A DNA stretch of 64,000 nt from Thermoproteota archaeon (GCA_026986575.1 JALSOH010000009.1:32001-96000); one strand, 5' to 3'. Numbered from the stretch's first letter, positions 1 to 10,709 are shown. Made by a program: numbers and translations. The notes: a model not told the origin generated them from the letters alone.

Positions 1-1776
1 ATCCTGAAAAGCGTGGACGGAGCTTATCACTCCTCCAAGGGCAAGTACCTAGCTGTGCTGGAGGATTACGTTCTGACGGTGTTCAACACCACCACAGGTG
101 AGAGGGACCCTCACTTCAAGGAGGTTTTCACCATGGAGCCCCTAGTGGACGACGAGGGATACTACGCGATCATAGAAATGAACACGGTGACCCTTTACTC
201 CCCCTCAGGAGACGAGATCTGGTCCCAGAGCTTCCACGGCATAATATTCGGGGGAACCTTCCTCCCTGATCACAGGAGAATGGCCATCACGATACCCATG
301 GGGAACGGTACTCAGGTTCTGATACTGAATGAAACTGGAAACACGGTTGAGGAGTTCAGAAAGCCGTTTTTCGTCAGGGGAATAAAGACATCGCCGGACG
401 GGAGCCACATGATCCTATGGGGAGATTCCAGGGCCATGTACATTCTCGACAAGACGGTCAGGATGCTTGGAGACGAGGGAATGCTGATGGACCCTGGGAC
501 TCAGGTCGATGATCTCCCCCACGACGAGGGGATCACGGTAGCTGTTGGCTCCGTTGGGAGAATTTCCGTCTACGACACCAGTGGGAGAAAGTGGTCCGTC
601 CTCTTGCCCTACGGGCTCTTCGACTTTCCCGGATCGATTCGATTCTCATATTTGGGCGAGGTGGTGACGGCTTCCCTTATCAACGGTACCGTTCTGGTCC
701 TTAACTCGACGGATGGATCAGTCGTCTGGAGGGTAGATAGGGAGGTCGCGTTCCCCGAGCGCGCATTCTCATCGGACGATGCTAGGTACCTCCTAGCCGT
801 CTTCGACGATGACACGATTTTTGTCTACGAGAACTCGAACGGGAGCGCTGAAGCCCTCTTCGCTAAGTCATGCGACGAACCCTTGGCCCTTCCCTCACCC
901 GACTGGCGGACGATAATCTTCACCTCCGGGAAGGAGGTATTTCTAACATCCCTGAGGGGCGAGATTAAGTGGAGGCTCGATCTGGACTCCTATCCGAACA
1001 TATTGGTCACCTTGCGCGATCGATACCTCCTGTCAACCGGTGAGAGGACAGCTTACCTGCTCTCCACAGGCGGCACCATTGTGAGGTCGCTCCGGATCGA
1101 TGGGAACCTCTCAAACTTCATCCCCATTGGGGAGAACGACGCACTACTACACATTTACAGGAGCGGTGGAACTGCCTTCGAGTTGATGCGAATGAACTTG
1201 TCGACGGGGGAGATCACTTGGTCCAAGAATTTCGATCTAAATCAGTACCCGGTTTGGTGGCGTGGACTGTGCGCGGGCAGGGAGGGAATATTGTTGGGAG
1301 ACATCACGGGCAGGGTGTACATGCTCGCTGATGACGGCTCCCTGAAGCAGGTCAGGGAGCTGGAAGGAGGCGTAGATGGCCTGTTCTGTGGACCGAAGGG
1401 ACCCGCTCTGGTCCTCCTGACGGTAGGGGAGATCGAGGTACGAGGAACAGGAGTGAAAGCTGAAGAGAGGGGAGTGTCCGGAGCAGTACCTCCAGGTTCA
1501 GGCACCGCGGTGCGGTCCACGCGGGTATCTGCGTCGGTGTCGGGGGAGCGGATATCTGCCGCTTTTGGGATCGTGGGTATCGTGCTACTGGTTTTCCTGC
1601 TGGGTACATGGCTGCGTCTGAGGTCAGCCTCCAAGTGGGGAGAGTTCCTGAGAGGAGTATCAGAGGCGGGTGGAAGGGCTGGCGATAGTAGAAGGGGGGT
1701 CAGTAGGAGGGGAACTCCACCCCCTTCTCCCTCAAGACCGCGTGAGCAGCGGCAAGCCTGGCCACGGGCACCCTGA
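1..1776 (+). CDS. Membrane-anchored beta-propeller (PQQ-like/WD40-like) surface protein, 5' truncated
   Basis: Frame open from base 1; repeated 'xxGxxxW' propeller-blade motifs (SPSGDEIW, STDGSVVW, LRGEIKW, STGEITW); hydrophobic C-terminal TM (AAFGIVGIVLLVFLLGTWL) followed by a basic tail; 3' end overlaps ppdK. Confidence 0.7.
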   Translation: MLKSVDGAYHSSKGKYLAVLEDYVLTVFNTTTGERDPHFKEVFTMEPLVDDEGYYAIIEMNTVTLYSPSGDEIWSQSFHGIIFGGTFLPDHRRMAITIPMGNGTQVLILNETGNTVEEFRKPFFVRGIKTSPDGSHMILWGDSRAMYILDKTVRMLGDEGMLMDPGTQVDDLPHDEGITVAVGSVGRISVYDTSGRKWSVLLPYGLFDFPGSIRFSYLGEVVTASLINGTVLVLNSTDGSVVWRVDREVAFPERAFSSDDARYLLAVFDDDTIFVYENSNGSAEALFAKSCDEPLALPSPDWRTIIFTSGKEVFLTSLRGEIKWRLDLDSYPNILVTLRDRYLLSTGERTAYLLSTGGTIVRSLRIDGNLSNFIPIGENDALLHIYRSGGTAFELMRMNLSTGEITWSKNFDLNQYPVWWRGLCAGREGILLGDITGRVYMLADDGSLKQVRELEGGVDGLFCGPKGPALVLLTVGEIEVRGTGVKAEERGVSGAVPPGSGTAVRSTRVSASVSGERISAAFGIVGIVLLVFLLGTWLRLRSASKWGEFLRGVSEAGGRAGDSRRGVSRRGTPPPSPSRPREQRQAWPRAP

Positions 1777-4357
1777 AGGGGGAGGCGCTCACGTAGTCGA
1801 GGCCTATGCGGTGGCAGAACTCTATGCTCCTAGGATCTCCACCGTGCTCCCCGCATATGCCTATCTCCAAGTCGGGGTTGGCGGTCCTACCCTTCCCAAC
1901 GGCAATCCTCATAAGCTCGCCCACCCCGTCGAAATCGAGGGACTGGAAGACGTCGAAGTCCAGTATTCCCTTCTCCAAGTAGTCGTGCATGAACTTGTTC
2001 TCCACGTCGTCCCTGCTGAAGGTGAAGGTGCCTTGGGTCAGATCGTTGGTCCCGAAGCTGAAGAACTCGGCCTCCCTCGCTATCTTGTCAGCGGTGAGGC
2101 ACGCCCTGACAACCTCTATCATGGTGCCTATCGCGGCCTTAACACCCAACTCCTCCAGCACGGGCTCGATAGCGTGCTCCTTGACGTACCCTATCTCCCT
2201 GTAGTCACACACCTGAGGTATCATTATCTGAAGATGGAGGTCCTTGCCCTCCCTCCTCAGCTCTAGGTAAGCCTCAGCTATGGCTCTGGTCTGAGCCTCG
2301 TATATCTCGGGATTGGTTACGCCGAGCCTCACGCCCCTGTGTCCCATCATGGGGTTGGCCTCCTTCAGCTCCCTGACCCGCTTAAGCACGGCCTCCAGCC
2401 TCTCCACCTCGGCCTCATTCCCTCTGAGTTTAGCATCGCATATCCTCTCGAGGAGCTCCTCCGGGCTGGGAAGGAACTCGTGCAGTGGTGGGTCGAAGAG
2501 CCTCACAGTTACTTTCAACCCCTCCATCACCCTGAATATCTCTAGAAAGTCCCTCTTCAGGTGAGGGATGAGCTCTCTCAGGGCTTCCCTCCTCTCCCCC
2601 TCGTCCCTAGCCATTATCACGCGCTGGAATATCTCAAGTCTCTCCGGCTGTCTGAACATCCTCTCCGTCCTCAGCAGTCCAATGCCCTCGGCCCCGAACT
2701 CCCTAGCTATTTTCGCGTCCTCGGGCGTGTCGGCATTTGCCCTCACGCCCAGCCTCCTCACCTCATCAGCCCATCTGAGCAGCTCGAAGAACTCCTCGGG
2801 CAATTCACTCTTTGCAGTGGGTATCTCGCCCAAGTAGACGTTCCCAGTGAAGCCATCTATGGTTATGACATCCCCCTCCCTGACCACTAGATCGCCGACG
2901 CGGAACTCCCTCCTCTCCAGATCTATCTTTATGTCCTCAGCGCCCACCACAGCTGGCTTCCCTATCGCCCTAGCAACGACTGAGGCGTGACTGGTCATGC
3001 CTCCCCTGCTGGTGAGTATGCCCTGAGCCGCGTAGAAGCCGTGCACATCATCGGGCTTGGTCTCCTCCCTGACCAGTATCACCTTTTCGCCCCTCTCCGC
3101 CCATTCCACGGCCGTGTCGGCGTCAAAGACAACCCTTCCAGTGGCCGCTCCGGGCGAGGCGTTCAATCCCCTGGCTATTGGCTCGATACCCCTCTCCCTC
3201 ACGTACTTCTCATCTATTCTCGGGTATAGGAGTCCCATGATGTGTTCCGGTTTTACCCTAGCCAATGCCTCCTCCTTGGTGAGCAGGCCCTCCCTGACCA
3301 TAGCTACTGCGGTCCTCACCCTAGCGAGGGGCGTCATCTTGCCGTTCCTCGTCTGCAACAGGTACACCTTCCCCCTCTCGATGGTGAACTCTATGTCTTG
3401 GACCTCCTTCTTCACCCTCTCGAGCTTCTTCGCCATCTCGTACAGCTGCTGGTAGAGGTCCGGCCTTTCCCTCTTCAAGTCATCTATGCTCTTGGGGGTC
3501 CTAATGCCAGCGACGACGTCCTCGCCCTGGGCGTTGGGCAGGAACTCTCCGTACAGCACATCCTCACCGGTGGCCGGATCCCTGGTGAAGAGCACCCCCG
3601 TTCCTGAGTCCCAGCCCATGTTCCCGTACACCATGGCCACCACGTTCACGGCCGTTCCATCGGCTATATCCGGGGTGATCTTGTTGGCTTTCCTGTAGTA
3701 AACAGCCCTAGGGGAGTTCCATGACCTGAATACCGCCTCTATGGCCAGTTCGAGCTGCTTCCACGGGTCTTGGGGGAACCTATCGCCCAGCACTTCCTTG
3801 TATCTCCTCACCACCTCCTTCAGGTCCTCCGCCGTGAGTTCGGCATCTGTCTTTGCCCCTCTGAGGGCCTTCACCTCCTCCAAAATGTCGTCGAATACCT
3901 TGCGATCTATGCCGAGGACGGTCGTGCCGAACATCTGAAGGAAGCGCCTATACACGTCGTAGGCAAACCTCACATCCCCAGTCATCCTAGCCAAGGACTC
4001 CACTATCTCGTCATTGATTCCCAGGTTGAGTATGGTGTCCATCATCCCCGGCATCGACACGGGAGCGCCGCTCCTCACCGACACTAGGAGAGGGTTCGAG
4101 GGGTCGCCGAACCTCTTTCCCGTCTTGGACTCCAGCCACCTCATGGCCTCCCTTACCTGATCCATCAGGCCCTCCGGAAGCCTCTCGCCCCTTCTGTAGA
4201 ACTCCCTGCATGCCTCCGTTGTTATTGTGAATCCCGGAGGCACGGGGAGCCCTTGCTTGTACATGAGAACTAGTCCGGCGCCCTTACCACCCAGCAGCTT
4301 CCGGTTCTTGGGATCCGCCTCATCATACGTGTATACCAGCTTCTTCACAACATCCAC
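1700..4357 (-). CDS. ppdK: Pyruvate, phosphate dikinase
   Basis: 885 aa; GGKGAGL, LLVSVRSGAPVSMPGMMDTILNLG, phospho-His motif GGMTSHASVVAR, FSFGTNDLTQ, GICGEHGGDP. Confidence 0.97.
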   Translation of the reverse strand: MDVVKKLVYTYDEADPKNRKLLGGKGAGLVLMYKQGLPVPPGFTITTEACREFYRRGERLPEGLMDQVREAMRWLESKTGKRFGDPSNPLLVSVRSGAPVSMPGMMDTILNLGINDEIVESLARMTGDVRFAYDVYRRFLQMFGTTVLGIDRKVFDDILEEVKALRGAKTDAELTAEDLKEVVRRYKEVLGDRFPQDPWKQLELAIEAVFRSWNSPRAVYYRKANKITPDIADGTAVNVVAMVYGNMGWDSGTGVLFTRDPATGEDVLYGEFLPNAQGEDVVAGIRTPKSIDDLKRERPDLYQQLYEMAKKLERVKKEVQDIEFTIERGKVYLLQTRNGKMTPLARVRTAVAMVREGLLTKEEALARVKPEHIMGLLYPRIDEKYVRERGIEPIARGLNASPGAATGRVVFDADTAVEWAERGEKVILVREETKPDDVHGFYAAQGILTSRGGMTSHASVVARAIGKPAVVGAEDIKIDLERREFRVGDLVVREGDVITIDGFTGNVYLGEIPTAKSELPEEFFELLRWADEVRRLGVRANADTPEDAKIAREFGAEGIGLLRTERMFRQPERLEIFQRVIMARDEGERREALRELIPHLKRDFLEIFRVMEGLKVTVRLFDPPLHEFLPSPEELLERICDAKLRGNEAEVERLEAVLKRVRELKEANPMMGHRGVRLGVTNPEIYEAQTRAIAEAYLELRREGKDLHLQIMIPQVCDYREIGYVKEHAIEPVLEELGVKAAIGTMIEVVRACLTADKIAREAEFFSFGTNDLTQGTFTFSRDDVENKFMHDYLEKGILDFDVFQSLDFDGVGELMRIAVGKGRTANPDLEIGICGEHGGDPRSIEFCHRIGLDYVSASPFRVPVARLAAAHAVLREKGVEFPSY

Positions 4358-4403
4358 CGGTAAATGGAGGGAAGAAGGAACTTTTATTCGTTCATGATGG
4401 GGG

Positions 4404-4679
4404 TCAGAACTTCTCTATCTTTGAGTAGAGCTCATCACCCTCGAGCGAGAGTGTCACGTAGTTCTTGGCACCCTTTACTATCTCCACGGGAACCCTCCCC
4501 TTGGCCCTAAACCCAAACTTGGAGCCGAGTTTCTTGGCGACGCTCCTCTCAAGACTGACTATCAGCCACCCGACCCTCCAATCATCGTCCAGCTCCAAGT
4601 CCTCTACCTCACCTATGAACTCGCCGTCTAGGGCCACGACCTTCTCTCCTATTATCTCCTTGGCCCTCATCTCCTTCAC
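4404..4679 (-). CDS. PRC-barrel domain protein
   Basis: 91 aa; 'IIGEKVVALDGEFIGEVEDLELD...WRVGWLIV' PRC-barrel pattern. Confidence 0.8.
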   Translation of the reverse strand: MKEMRAKEIIGEKVVALDGEFIGEVEDLELDDDWRVGWLIVSLERSVAKKLGSKFGFRAKGRVPVEIVKGAKNYVTLSLEGDELYSKIEKF

Positions 4680-4708
4680 CCGGTTCTGATCCCCTTAGAG
4701 GATATAAA

Positions 4709-5515
4709 TCATCCTTCTAGGAGACTGGGAGGTTTCAGGTCCTCCACTTTCCAGGCGTCTCGGGGCCTCATCCCCATTATTATTCCAGCGCTCTGATCCG
4801 ATAGGATGGGGAAGTACTCCACATCCTCGAAGAAGGCCCAGACCAAGGCGGACATGAGCGAGAGGTTCCACTGGTATACCCCGTACTCCACTGCCTCGCC
4901 CGTCTTGGGGGAGACCATGACCCTCCTCATGGATCCTCCCCTCGTGTCGTATCCCCTAAAGAGGCTCAGGGTGAGGTCACCGTCGAAGAAGAAAGGATAT
5001 ACTTCCCCGGAGGGATGCAGGTAGCCCTCCCAATACACCTGATCCAAGTGGTGTATCAGGATCGCCCCCTCCGGTTTCGTGATCTCCCTGATCGAGTTAA
5101 GGAGGAGGATCGTTCTCCAAGGATCGAAGTGAGGCATCGTCAACCCATAGACTAGGACCACATCCGCTCGCTCCACCAGCTCGTGGGCGAGGAAGGCATC
5201 CCCCTCTATCAGCTCCGGGATCTGCCCCAGCTCTTCCAGAACGAAATCCTTGGCCTTAGAGAGAGCATCCTCCCTCAAATCCAGTATAACAAGTTCAATC
5301 CCCTTTCCAGCCTCTTTAAGCACTTTACAAAGTGCCACCCCGCCTATCCCGACCCCTCCCATCAGATCTAGCACTTTGAATGAATCCCCTGAGAAGTAGG
5401 GATGCTTCACGACCTCCCTGAAGTACCCTATCGCCCTCTCGTATCTCTCCCTTCCAGGTCCCTCCGGATCTTCGGGCCATGGGAAGAGCGAGTAGAACCT
5501 CTTCATGTCCCCCAA
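4709..5515 (-). CDS. Class I SAM-dependent methyltransferase
   Basis: Motif I VLDLMGGVGIGG, acidic motif II ILDLR, GDA; paralog of the adjacent gene (shared PHFDPWR). Confidence 0.85.
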   Translation of the reverse strand: MGDMKRFYSLFPWPEDPEGPGRERYERAIGYFREVVKHPYFSGDSFKVLDLMGGVGIGGVALCKVLKEAGKGIELVILDLREDALSKAKDFVLEELGQIPELIEGDAFLAHELVERADVVLVYGLTMPHFDPWRTILLLNSIREITKPEGAILIHHLDQVYWEGYLHPSGEVYPFFFDGDLTLSLFRGYDTRGGSMRRVMVSPKTGEAVEYGVYQWNLSLMSALVWAFFEDVEYFPILSDQSAGIIMGMRPRDAWKVEDLKPPSLLEG

Positions 5516-5519
5516 GGTA

Positions 5520-6323
5520 TCACCTCAGCATTGATGGGAGCTCCAAGTCCTCGGGTCTGAGCTTCCTCCTCGGTCGCCTCGCCAGCAGGATGAACCTCCT
5601 ATAATCTAGGGAATGTAAGTCCACCTCCTTGAAGAAGAGCCACATCAGGGACAGGAAGTCCGCGACTCCCCAGAAGTAGACCTCGAGCTCGGCAATCTCT
5701 CCTCTAAGTAGAGAGAAGTGAGCCCGCCTGAATGTCCCCCTCTTGAAGTCGTATCCCTTGTGCATGCTCAGGATGGGCTCATCTCCCTTGAACTCAGCCA
5801 TTACATCCTTGTATCCGGTCATGTAGAACACCCAGTACCTCCTGTCCGCCTCCTCGACCAACAGGACCCCATCGTCCTTCAGTGACTCGCTTATGGAAGC
5901 TAGGAGGAGACTCGCCCTCCAGGGATCGAAATGTGGGGTAGAGAGCCCGTACATCAGGACCAGATCAAGGTCCTTCAACACCTCGTGGACTCTCGTGGCG
6001 TCGTGGACTAGGATCTCGCCCTCCTCGCCCAGCTCCTCCCTTGAGAACCGTCTAGCTACCTCCAGCGCCTTCTCCCTCAGGTCCAATAGGTACAGCCTCA
6101 CCCTCCTATCCAGAGACTTGGAAAGGGCCACCCCTCCTATCCCCTCACCGCTCAGTATGTCCAGTATGCGGGGCTCTTCAGGTAGCTCGCTCAGGAATGG
6201 ATGATTCTTGAGCTCTGAGAACTCTTTCAAAGCCCTCTCGTACCTCTCCCTCCCCTCAGGCGTATACGGATCCCCGTGCCATGGTAGGAGGGAATATACA
6301 CCGTCAAGTTCCGATCCCTTCAG
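5520..6323 (-). CDS. Class I SAM-dependent methyltransferase paralog (probable CTG start at 6323)
   Basis: ILDILSGEGIGG, LLDLR, PHFDPWR; homology to the neighbour's N-terminus extends upstream of the called TTG (6230) towards a CTG preceded by GGTGAT. Confidence 0.8.
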   Translation of the reverse strand: MKGSELDGVYSLLPWHGDPYTPEGRERYERALKEFSELKNHPFLSELPEEPRILDILSGEGIGGVALSKSLDRRVRLYLLDLREKALEVARRFSREELGEEGEILVHDATRVHEVLKDLDLVLMYGLSTPHFDPWRASLLLASISESLKDDGVLLVEEADRRYWVFYMTGYKDVMAEFKGDEPILSMHKGYDFKRGTFRRAHFSLLRGEIAELEVYFWGVADFLSLMWLFFKEVDLHSLDYRRFILLARRPRRKLRPEDLELPSMLR

Positions 6324-6409
6324 GAGATCACCCTTACAACCCGACCGTCACAGACTAAAACTTTCTTCATGGAGGGTGGACGCAGGCACAGAAAAATAGG
6401 GAGATGAGC

Positions 6410-6967
6410 TCAACCCTTTAACATCTTGATGAACTCTCTCATCCAAGCAGGCAGGTCCGGCCACGCTCTGGCGGTTACGAGGTTCTCGTGGACGACCACC
6501 TCCTGATCGACGTACTCAGCCCCATGGGCCTTGACGTCGGGGCTCACGGCCACATATGATGTCATCTTCATACCCGGACTTATCAACTTGTATCCAGTTA
6601 GGAGGAGTGGGCCGTGGCATATCGCAGCGATAGGCTTCTTGGCCTCCATGAAGTGCCTGACGATCCTCTCCAAGTCAGGATTCAGCCTGATGTACTCAGG
6701 CGCCCTGCCTCCAGGTATGACAAGCCCGTCGTACTCCTCTGGGTTCACCTCCTTGAACTCCTTGTCCACCCATCCGAACCTGTATCCGGGCTTCTCGGTG
6801 TAGGTCTCCCAGCCGGGCTCGAAGTCATGAACGACGGTCATCAGGGTTTTCTTGGTTGGGGCCGCAACGTGGACCTCGAATCCCTCCTCCTTGAGGCGCC
6901 AGTATGGGTAAAAAAGCTCTTGGGCCTCCACAGCATCCCCGGCTACAATAAGGACCTTCTTGGTCAT
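6410..6967 (-). CDS. pfpI: DJ-1/PfpI family protease/deglycase
   Basis: E residue in GDAVEAQEL, PGGRAPE, nucleophile elbow AICHG, RAWPDLP. Confidence 0.92.
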   Translation of the reverse strand: MTKKVLIVAGDAVEAQELFYPYWRLKEEGFEVHVAAPTKKTLMTVVHDFEPGWETYTEKPGYRFGWVDKEFKEVNPEEYDGLVIPGGRAPEYIRLNPDLERIVRHFMEAKKPIAAICHGPLLLTGYKLISPGMKMTSYVAVSPDVKAHGAEYVDQEVVVHENLVTARAWPDLPAWMREFIKMLKG

Positions 6968-7060
6968 GTGGTCACCTAATTATCAAGGAATCGAGGGAGA
7001 GATAACGATTTCCCCACTATAGTAAAAATTTTGAGGGAAAGCTCTGAAATACTGCGACTA

Positions 7061-7975
7061 CTAAGTTCCCTCATTTCCCCTCTTGGATGTGAGGAAAGCC
7101 CAAGCGAGTATGACCAGTATCAGCACTAGGGACAGTCCAGTAGGCAGGTGAATACCGAAGGCAGTGAGCAGGAAGGCCACTCCTAGATAGAGCAAGTATA
7201 CGGCTAGCCCCTTGCCCAAATTCTCTAGGCGCTTGACTCCATGTTCCAAAACGAAGTAGAGGGATCTTAGACCCAGAACCGCGAGTATGTTGGACGTGTA
7301 GGCCGTGAAGAACTCCCTAGTTATCGCGAGAACTGCGGGCACGGAATCGAAGGCGAACATTATATCGGTAGTCTCTATAGCTAGGAGCACGAGCACCAAG
7401 GGGGTGAACACCCTCCTGCCGCTCCTGACTACGATGAACCGGTCTCCCTCATACTCGTGGGTCAGGGGGAGGAACCTCTTAGCCAGCTGAACGACCTTAT
7501 TCTTACCCGGATCTACGCTCTCTGCGCCGCTCTTAGCCATCTTGTATCCGGAGTATATCAGTATGGCGCCGAACACGTACACCATCCAGTGGTACCTCTC
7601 CAGAAGCGCAACGCCTACGATTATGAATAACCCCCTGAAGAGGGCGGCGAATATTATACCTAACAGGAGGACGAAGGGCCTTGAGTGATACGGCACGGAG
7701 AAGTAGGTGAATATTGCTAGGAAGACGAACACGTTGTCCATTGACAGCGTGTACTCGGTTACATAGGCTGTTATGTACTTGATGAACTCCTCCAGACCGT
7801 AAATGTCCAGAATAAAAACGGAAAAAGCTAGTCCGATTGATATCCAGATAGCCACCCATTTTAAACTATCCTTCAACGTGACCTCTGTCTTCTTGTAGTG
7901 TCTGAGGTCCAAGTAGAGGAAGACCACGATCATCGCGTGGAATGCTATCCAGAAGGTGGGAGAGGTCACCTCCAT
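7061..7975 (-). CDS. terC: TerC/Alx family metal (Mn) homeostasis membrane protein
   Basis: EYTLSMDNVFVF, ETTDIMFAFDSVPA, TSNILAVLGLRSLYF signatures. Confidence 0.9.
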   Translation of the reverse strand: MEVTSPTFWIAFHAMIVVFLYLDLRHYKKTEVTLKDSLKWVAIWISIGLAFSVFILDIYGLEEFIKYITAYVTEYTLSMDNVFVFLAIFTYFSVPYHSRPFVLLLGIIFAALFRGLFIIVGVALLERYHWMVYVFGAILIYSGYKMAKSGAESVDPGKNKVVQLAKRFLPLTHEYEGDRFIVVRSGRRVFTPLVLVLLAIETTDIMFAFDSVPAVLAITREFFTAYTSNILAVLGLRSLYFVLEHGVKRLENLGKGLAVYLLYLGVAFLLTAFGIHLPTGLSLVLILVILAWAFLTSKRGNEGT

Positions 7976-8159
7976 TTCAATCCATTAGCCCGAATGAGGC
8001 TCTATTAAAAAGTTAATTGGGGAAAGGGGAGAATGAGCCGCGGAAATTGGTTGAGACGTTGAGAGGGGCTGTCCAGTCGCTTCGGAAAGGCTTTCACTTC
8101 TAATATGAAAATTTATTCATCCATAATTAGCTCGAAGGAAAAAATAGGGAGGGTATGTC

Positions 8160-9662
8160 TCAGCCACCTAGGAACTGGACGTTGAGGTAGAGAGCGAAGG
8201 CGTAGGTAAACATTATGGCGCTTATGAGCATGAAGATGAATGGTATCCACGAGGGCCTGACCACCTTGCCGGCCGGGTGTATCTTAGGCAGCATGTACCA
8301 GTTCTGGTAGAGGAAGAGCCAAGTGTAGATCACCATTATGAACATGTTGGTGACACCGGTGAGTATTATCAGGAAGCCCGGCCTCTGGAGCAGCACAGTT
8401 ATCGCTCCTATCACCGTATATATGGTTATCAGGTAGTAGTAGATCTTCCTGTACTCTATCTTCTCGGGCACGCCCGGTAAGGTGTAGGCGTTGCTGGCGA
8501 ATATCCTACCGACTCCGTCCAAAGCGGTTATGTAGGCATCGACCAAGAAGAAGAACCCTATCAGGTAGAGAGCAGCCCTTCCTGCATCTCCCCAGAGGTG
8601 ACCGAACCACTCGGCCTGCACGACCACCAATTTAAAGCCCTTAGGCAGCGCTTCAGCTCCCTTCTGGAGGTATTCTGGTCTGAGGACGGCATAGGTCAGC
8701 AGGGTCGTGAGCACTATCGTGAGGGTGTTCAACGCGACTCCGAATAGGTTGTCAACCCAGAGCCAAGTCATCCAATCCTTCCATCTCTTCCTGTTCTCTG
8801 GCGTGTCAGGGAAAGCTACTCCGACTCCGGGTATGGGCTCTGGCTCACCAGTTATGGGGCTGGTCACCCTGCCTATGTGGGCAGACATACCGGCGTTCTT
8901 GTCTCTAACCCAGAAGCTGTACAGGAGGTTCCATATACCTCCAGCTCCCGTGTAGGCTATCAGCGTTATGAAGATGCCCATGTCAGCCTTGTCGAAGTTG
9001 GAAGGAAGTAGGTTGAATCCTTGGCTGAAGGGTATCAGGGCGGGGAAGTACTCGCCAACGACCTTACCTACGGCAGGCGAGAAGAGCACGACGAGAAGCA
9101 TGCCGCCGAATGACACTATAGCAGCTAAGCTCTCTATGTACTCCACTATCTTGTAGGCCACGGGACCTATCATGAACATGACCCAAATGAGGAAGATCGC
9201 CACTTCGGACCAGAACCTGGTCTGGCCTGCAGCATCCCATCCCGGTGGGAACTTTGTGAGCGCAGCTAATGCGGTCGCACCGCCTGATACATAGCCTCCT
9301 ACCCACAGATAGACCACGAGAGCCACGAAGAAGGCGAACCATCCGTAGAGCCTATTAACCCTGTGGAATCCCTCGAATATGGACTCACCAGTGGCCATGG
9401 TATACCTAGCAATCTCTAGGTTGACCCAGTACTGGAGGGAGGCGTAGAAGAGGAGCCATCCGAGGAAGAAGAGGCCGTACTTGGCCACCATGTAGGGCCA
9501 CCATATGAGCTCTCCGCTTCCTTGGGAGAGCCCTGCCCACACCAAGCCCGGTCCGAACATCGCAGCCCATCCTGGGAAGTCTGGGAGATCCTTCACGTCA
9601 AAGGGCTTAGTGAATCTCCCAAAAATGAGGCTTCCACCTTCCTCCTTAGCCATAGATAGCAC
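8160..9662 (-). CDS. NRAMP-like/APC-superfamily secondary transporter, substrate unknown
   Basis: 500 aa, ~11 TM; GPGLVWAGLSQGSGELIWWP and EIARYTMATGESIFEGF motifs typical of NRAMP-related permeases. Confidence 0.7.
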   Translation of the reverse strand: MLSMAKEEGGSLIFGRFTKPFDVKDLPDFPGWAAMFGPGLVWAGLSQGSGELIWWPYMVAKYGLFFLGWLLFYASLQYWVNLEIARYTMATGESIFEGFHRVNRLYGWFAFFVALVVYLWVGGYVSGGATALAALTKFPPGWDAAGQTRFWSEVAIFLIWVMFMIGPVAYKIVEYIESLAAIVSFGGMLLVVLFSPAVGKVVGEYFPALIPFSQGFNLLPSNFDKADMGIFITLIAYTGAGGIWNLLYSFWVRDKNAGMSAHIGRVTSPITGEPEPIPGVGVAFPDTPENRKRWKDWMTWLWVDNLFGVALNTLTIVLTTLLTYAVLRPEYLQKGAEALPKGFKLVVVQAEWFGHLWGDAGRAALYLIGFFFLVDAYITALDGVGRIFASNAYTLPGVPEKIEYRKIYYYLITIYTVIGAITVLLQRPGFLIILTGVTNMFIMVIYTWLFLYQNWYMLPKIHPAGKVVRPSWIPFIFMLISAIMFTYAFALYLNVQFLGG

Positions 9663-9942
9663 CCTGTCTGTTGTCTAACATTCCTTAGGCAATTAATATA
9701 AAGATGGCTCTCCGGTCCCCGCTGAGCCCAAGGCCAAGCTTCAGGAACCGTTGCTCGAAATGGCCATCTTTTTAACGTTAAGTTTCAGCATTAACTCCTC
9801 CTAAATCTTATCAATATATGTTGTAATATCTGGGGTATGATGATTATTAAAATGAAAAGACGCCCTAATAGAAACATATATGTTTCATGGAGTATCCGAG
9901 CAAAGATTAATATCGTTTCCGGCCCTTATCCGCGGTGATGAT

Positions 9943-10290
9943 ATGTATAAGATGGTTAGGAGGGTCGAGGCCAAGCCATATGAGACCTGGCCGGGCGTCA
10001 CTCGGAGAGCCCTCGCGCTGGGTGAGAAAATACTCCTCTTGGAGATTTCACTGGGGAAAGGGGCAGTAGCGCCTGCTCACTCCCATCCTAACGAGCAGTC
10101 AGGTTACATCGTGAGAGGAAGGCTCAGGATAAGGATAGGAAGCGAGACGCATGAGCTTAATCCAGGTGATGCCTACATAATCCCCCCTTATGTTGAGCAC
10201 GAGGCGGAGGCTATGGAGGACACGGTAGTGGTTGAGGTGTTCTCTCCCCCTCACGAGCTCCTGAAGAAAGATCTAACGGGTGAGGTGTGA
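9943..10290 (+). CDS. Cupin domain protein (KdgF-like)
   Basis: HSHPNEQ...G...PGD..IPPYVEH cupin metal motifs, EVFSPP; SD GGTGAT before ATG 9943. Confidence 0.85.
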   Translation: MYKMVRRVEAKPYETWPGVTRRALALGEKILLLEISLGKGAVAPAHSHPNEQSGYIVRGRLRIRIGSETHELNPGDAYIIPPYVEHEAEAMEDTVVVEVFSPPHELLKKDLTGEV

Positions 10291-10709
10291 TTATGCCTAA
10301 GTATGTGGTTAGCCCTGAGGAGATTACTGGTGGCGCTCCCATGGAGAAGGGGGCTGGTGAGAGGAAACCCGTGAGGGACCTGAAGATAATATATCCGGAG
10401 AACGTGGATCCGGATCCCAAGACCCTCATTCTGGGAGTGGTGGAGGTAGATCCGGGCCATCACACCCCCTTGCACAGGCATAGGTGCGAGGAGGTTTACT
10501 ACATCCTGCAAGGGGAGGGAGAAGTGGAAATAGAAGGCCAGAAGTATCCGGTGAAGGCCGGTTACGGAGTTTTCCTGCCTGAGGGTGTGAGGCACAGGAT
10601 TCACAACACCGGGAAGGAGGTGCTCAGGTATGTGGCAGTTGGCGGTATAATGATGGTCCCCTTAGTACCTAAATGGCCTACAGAGTCTCCCTACGAGATA
10701 CTGGAGTGA
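10287..10709 (+). CDS. Cupin domain protein
   Basis: HRHRCEEVYYILQGEG...PEGVRH cupin motifs; coupled to the upstream cupin. Confidence 0.85.
   Translation: MIMPKYVVSPEEITGGAPMEKGAGERKPVRDLKIIYPENVDPDPKTLILGVVEVDPGHHTPLHRHRCEEVYYILQGEGEVEIEGQKYPVKAGYGVFLPEGVRHRIHNTGKEVLRYVAVGGIMMVPLVPKWPTESPYEILE

Noticed and set aside
7976-8160. yybP-ykoY (Mn) riboswitch upstream of terC/alx
   Set aside because: The only similar motif (AAAGGGGAGAA) is on the non-coding strand and no convincing structure is visible
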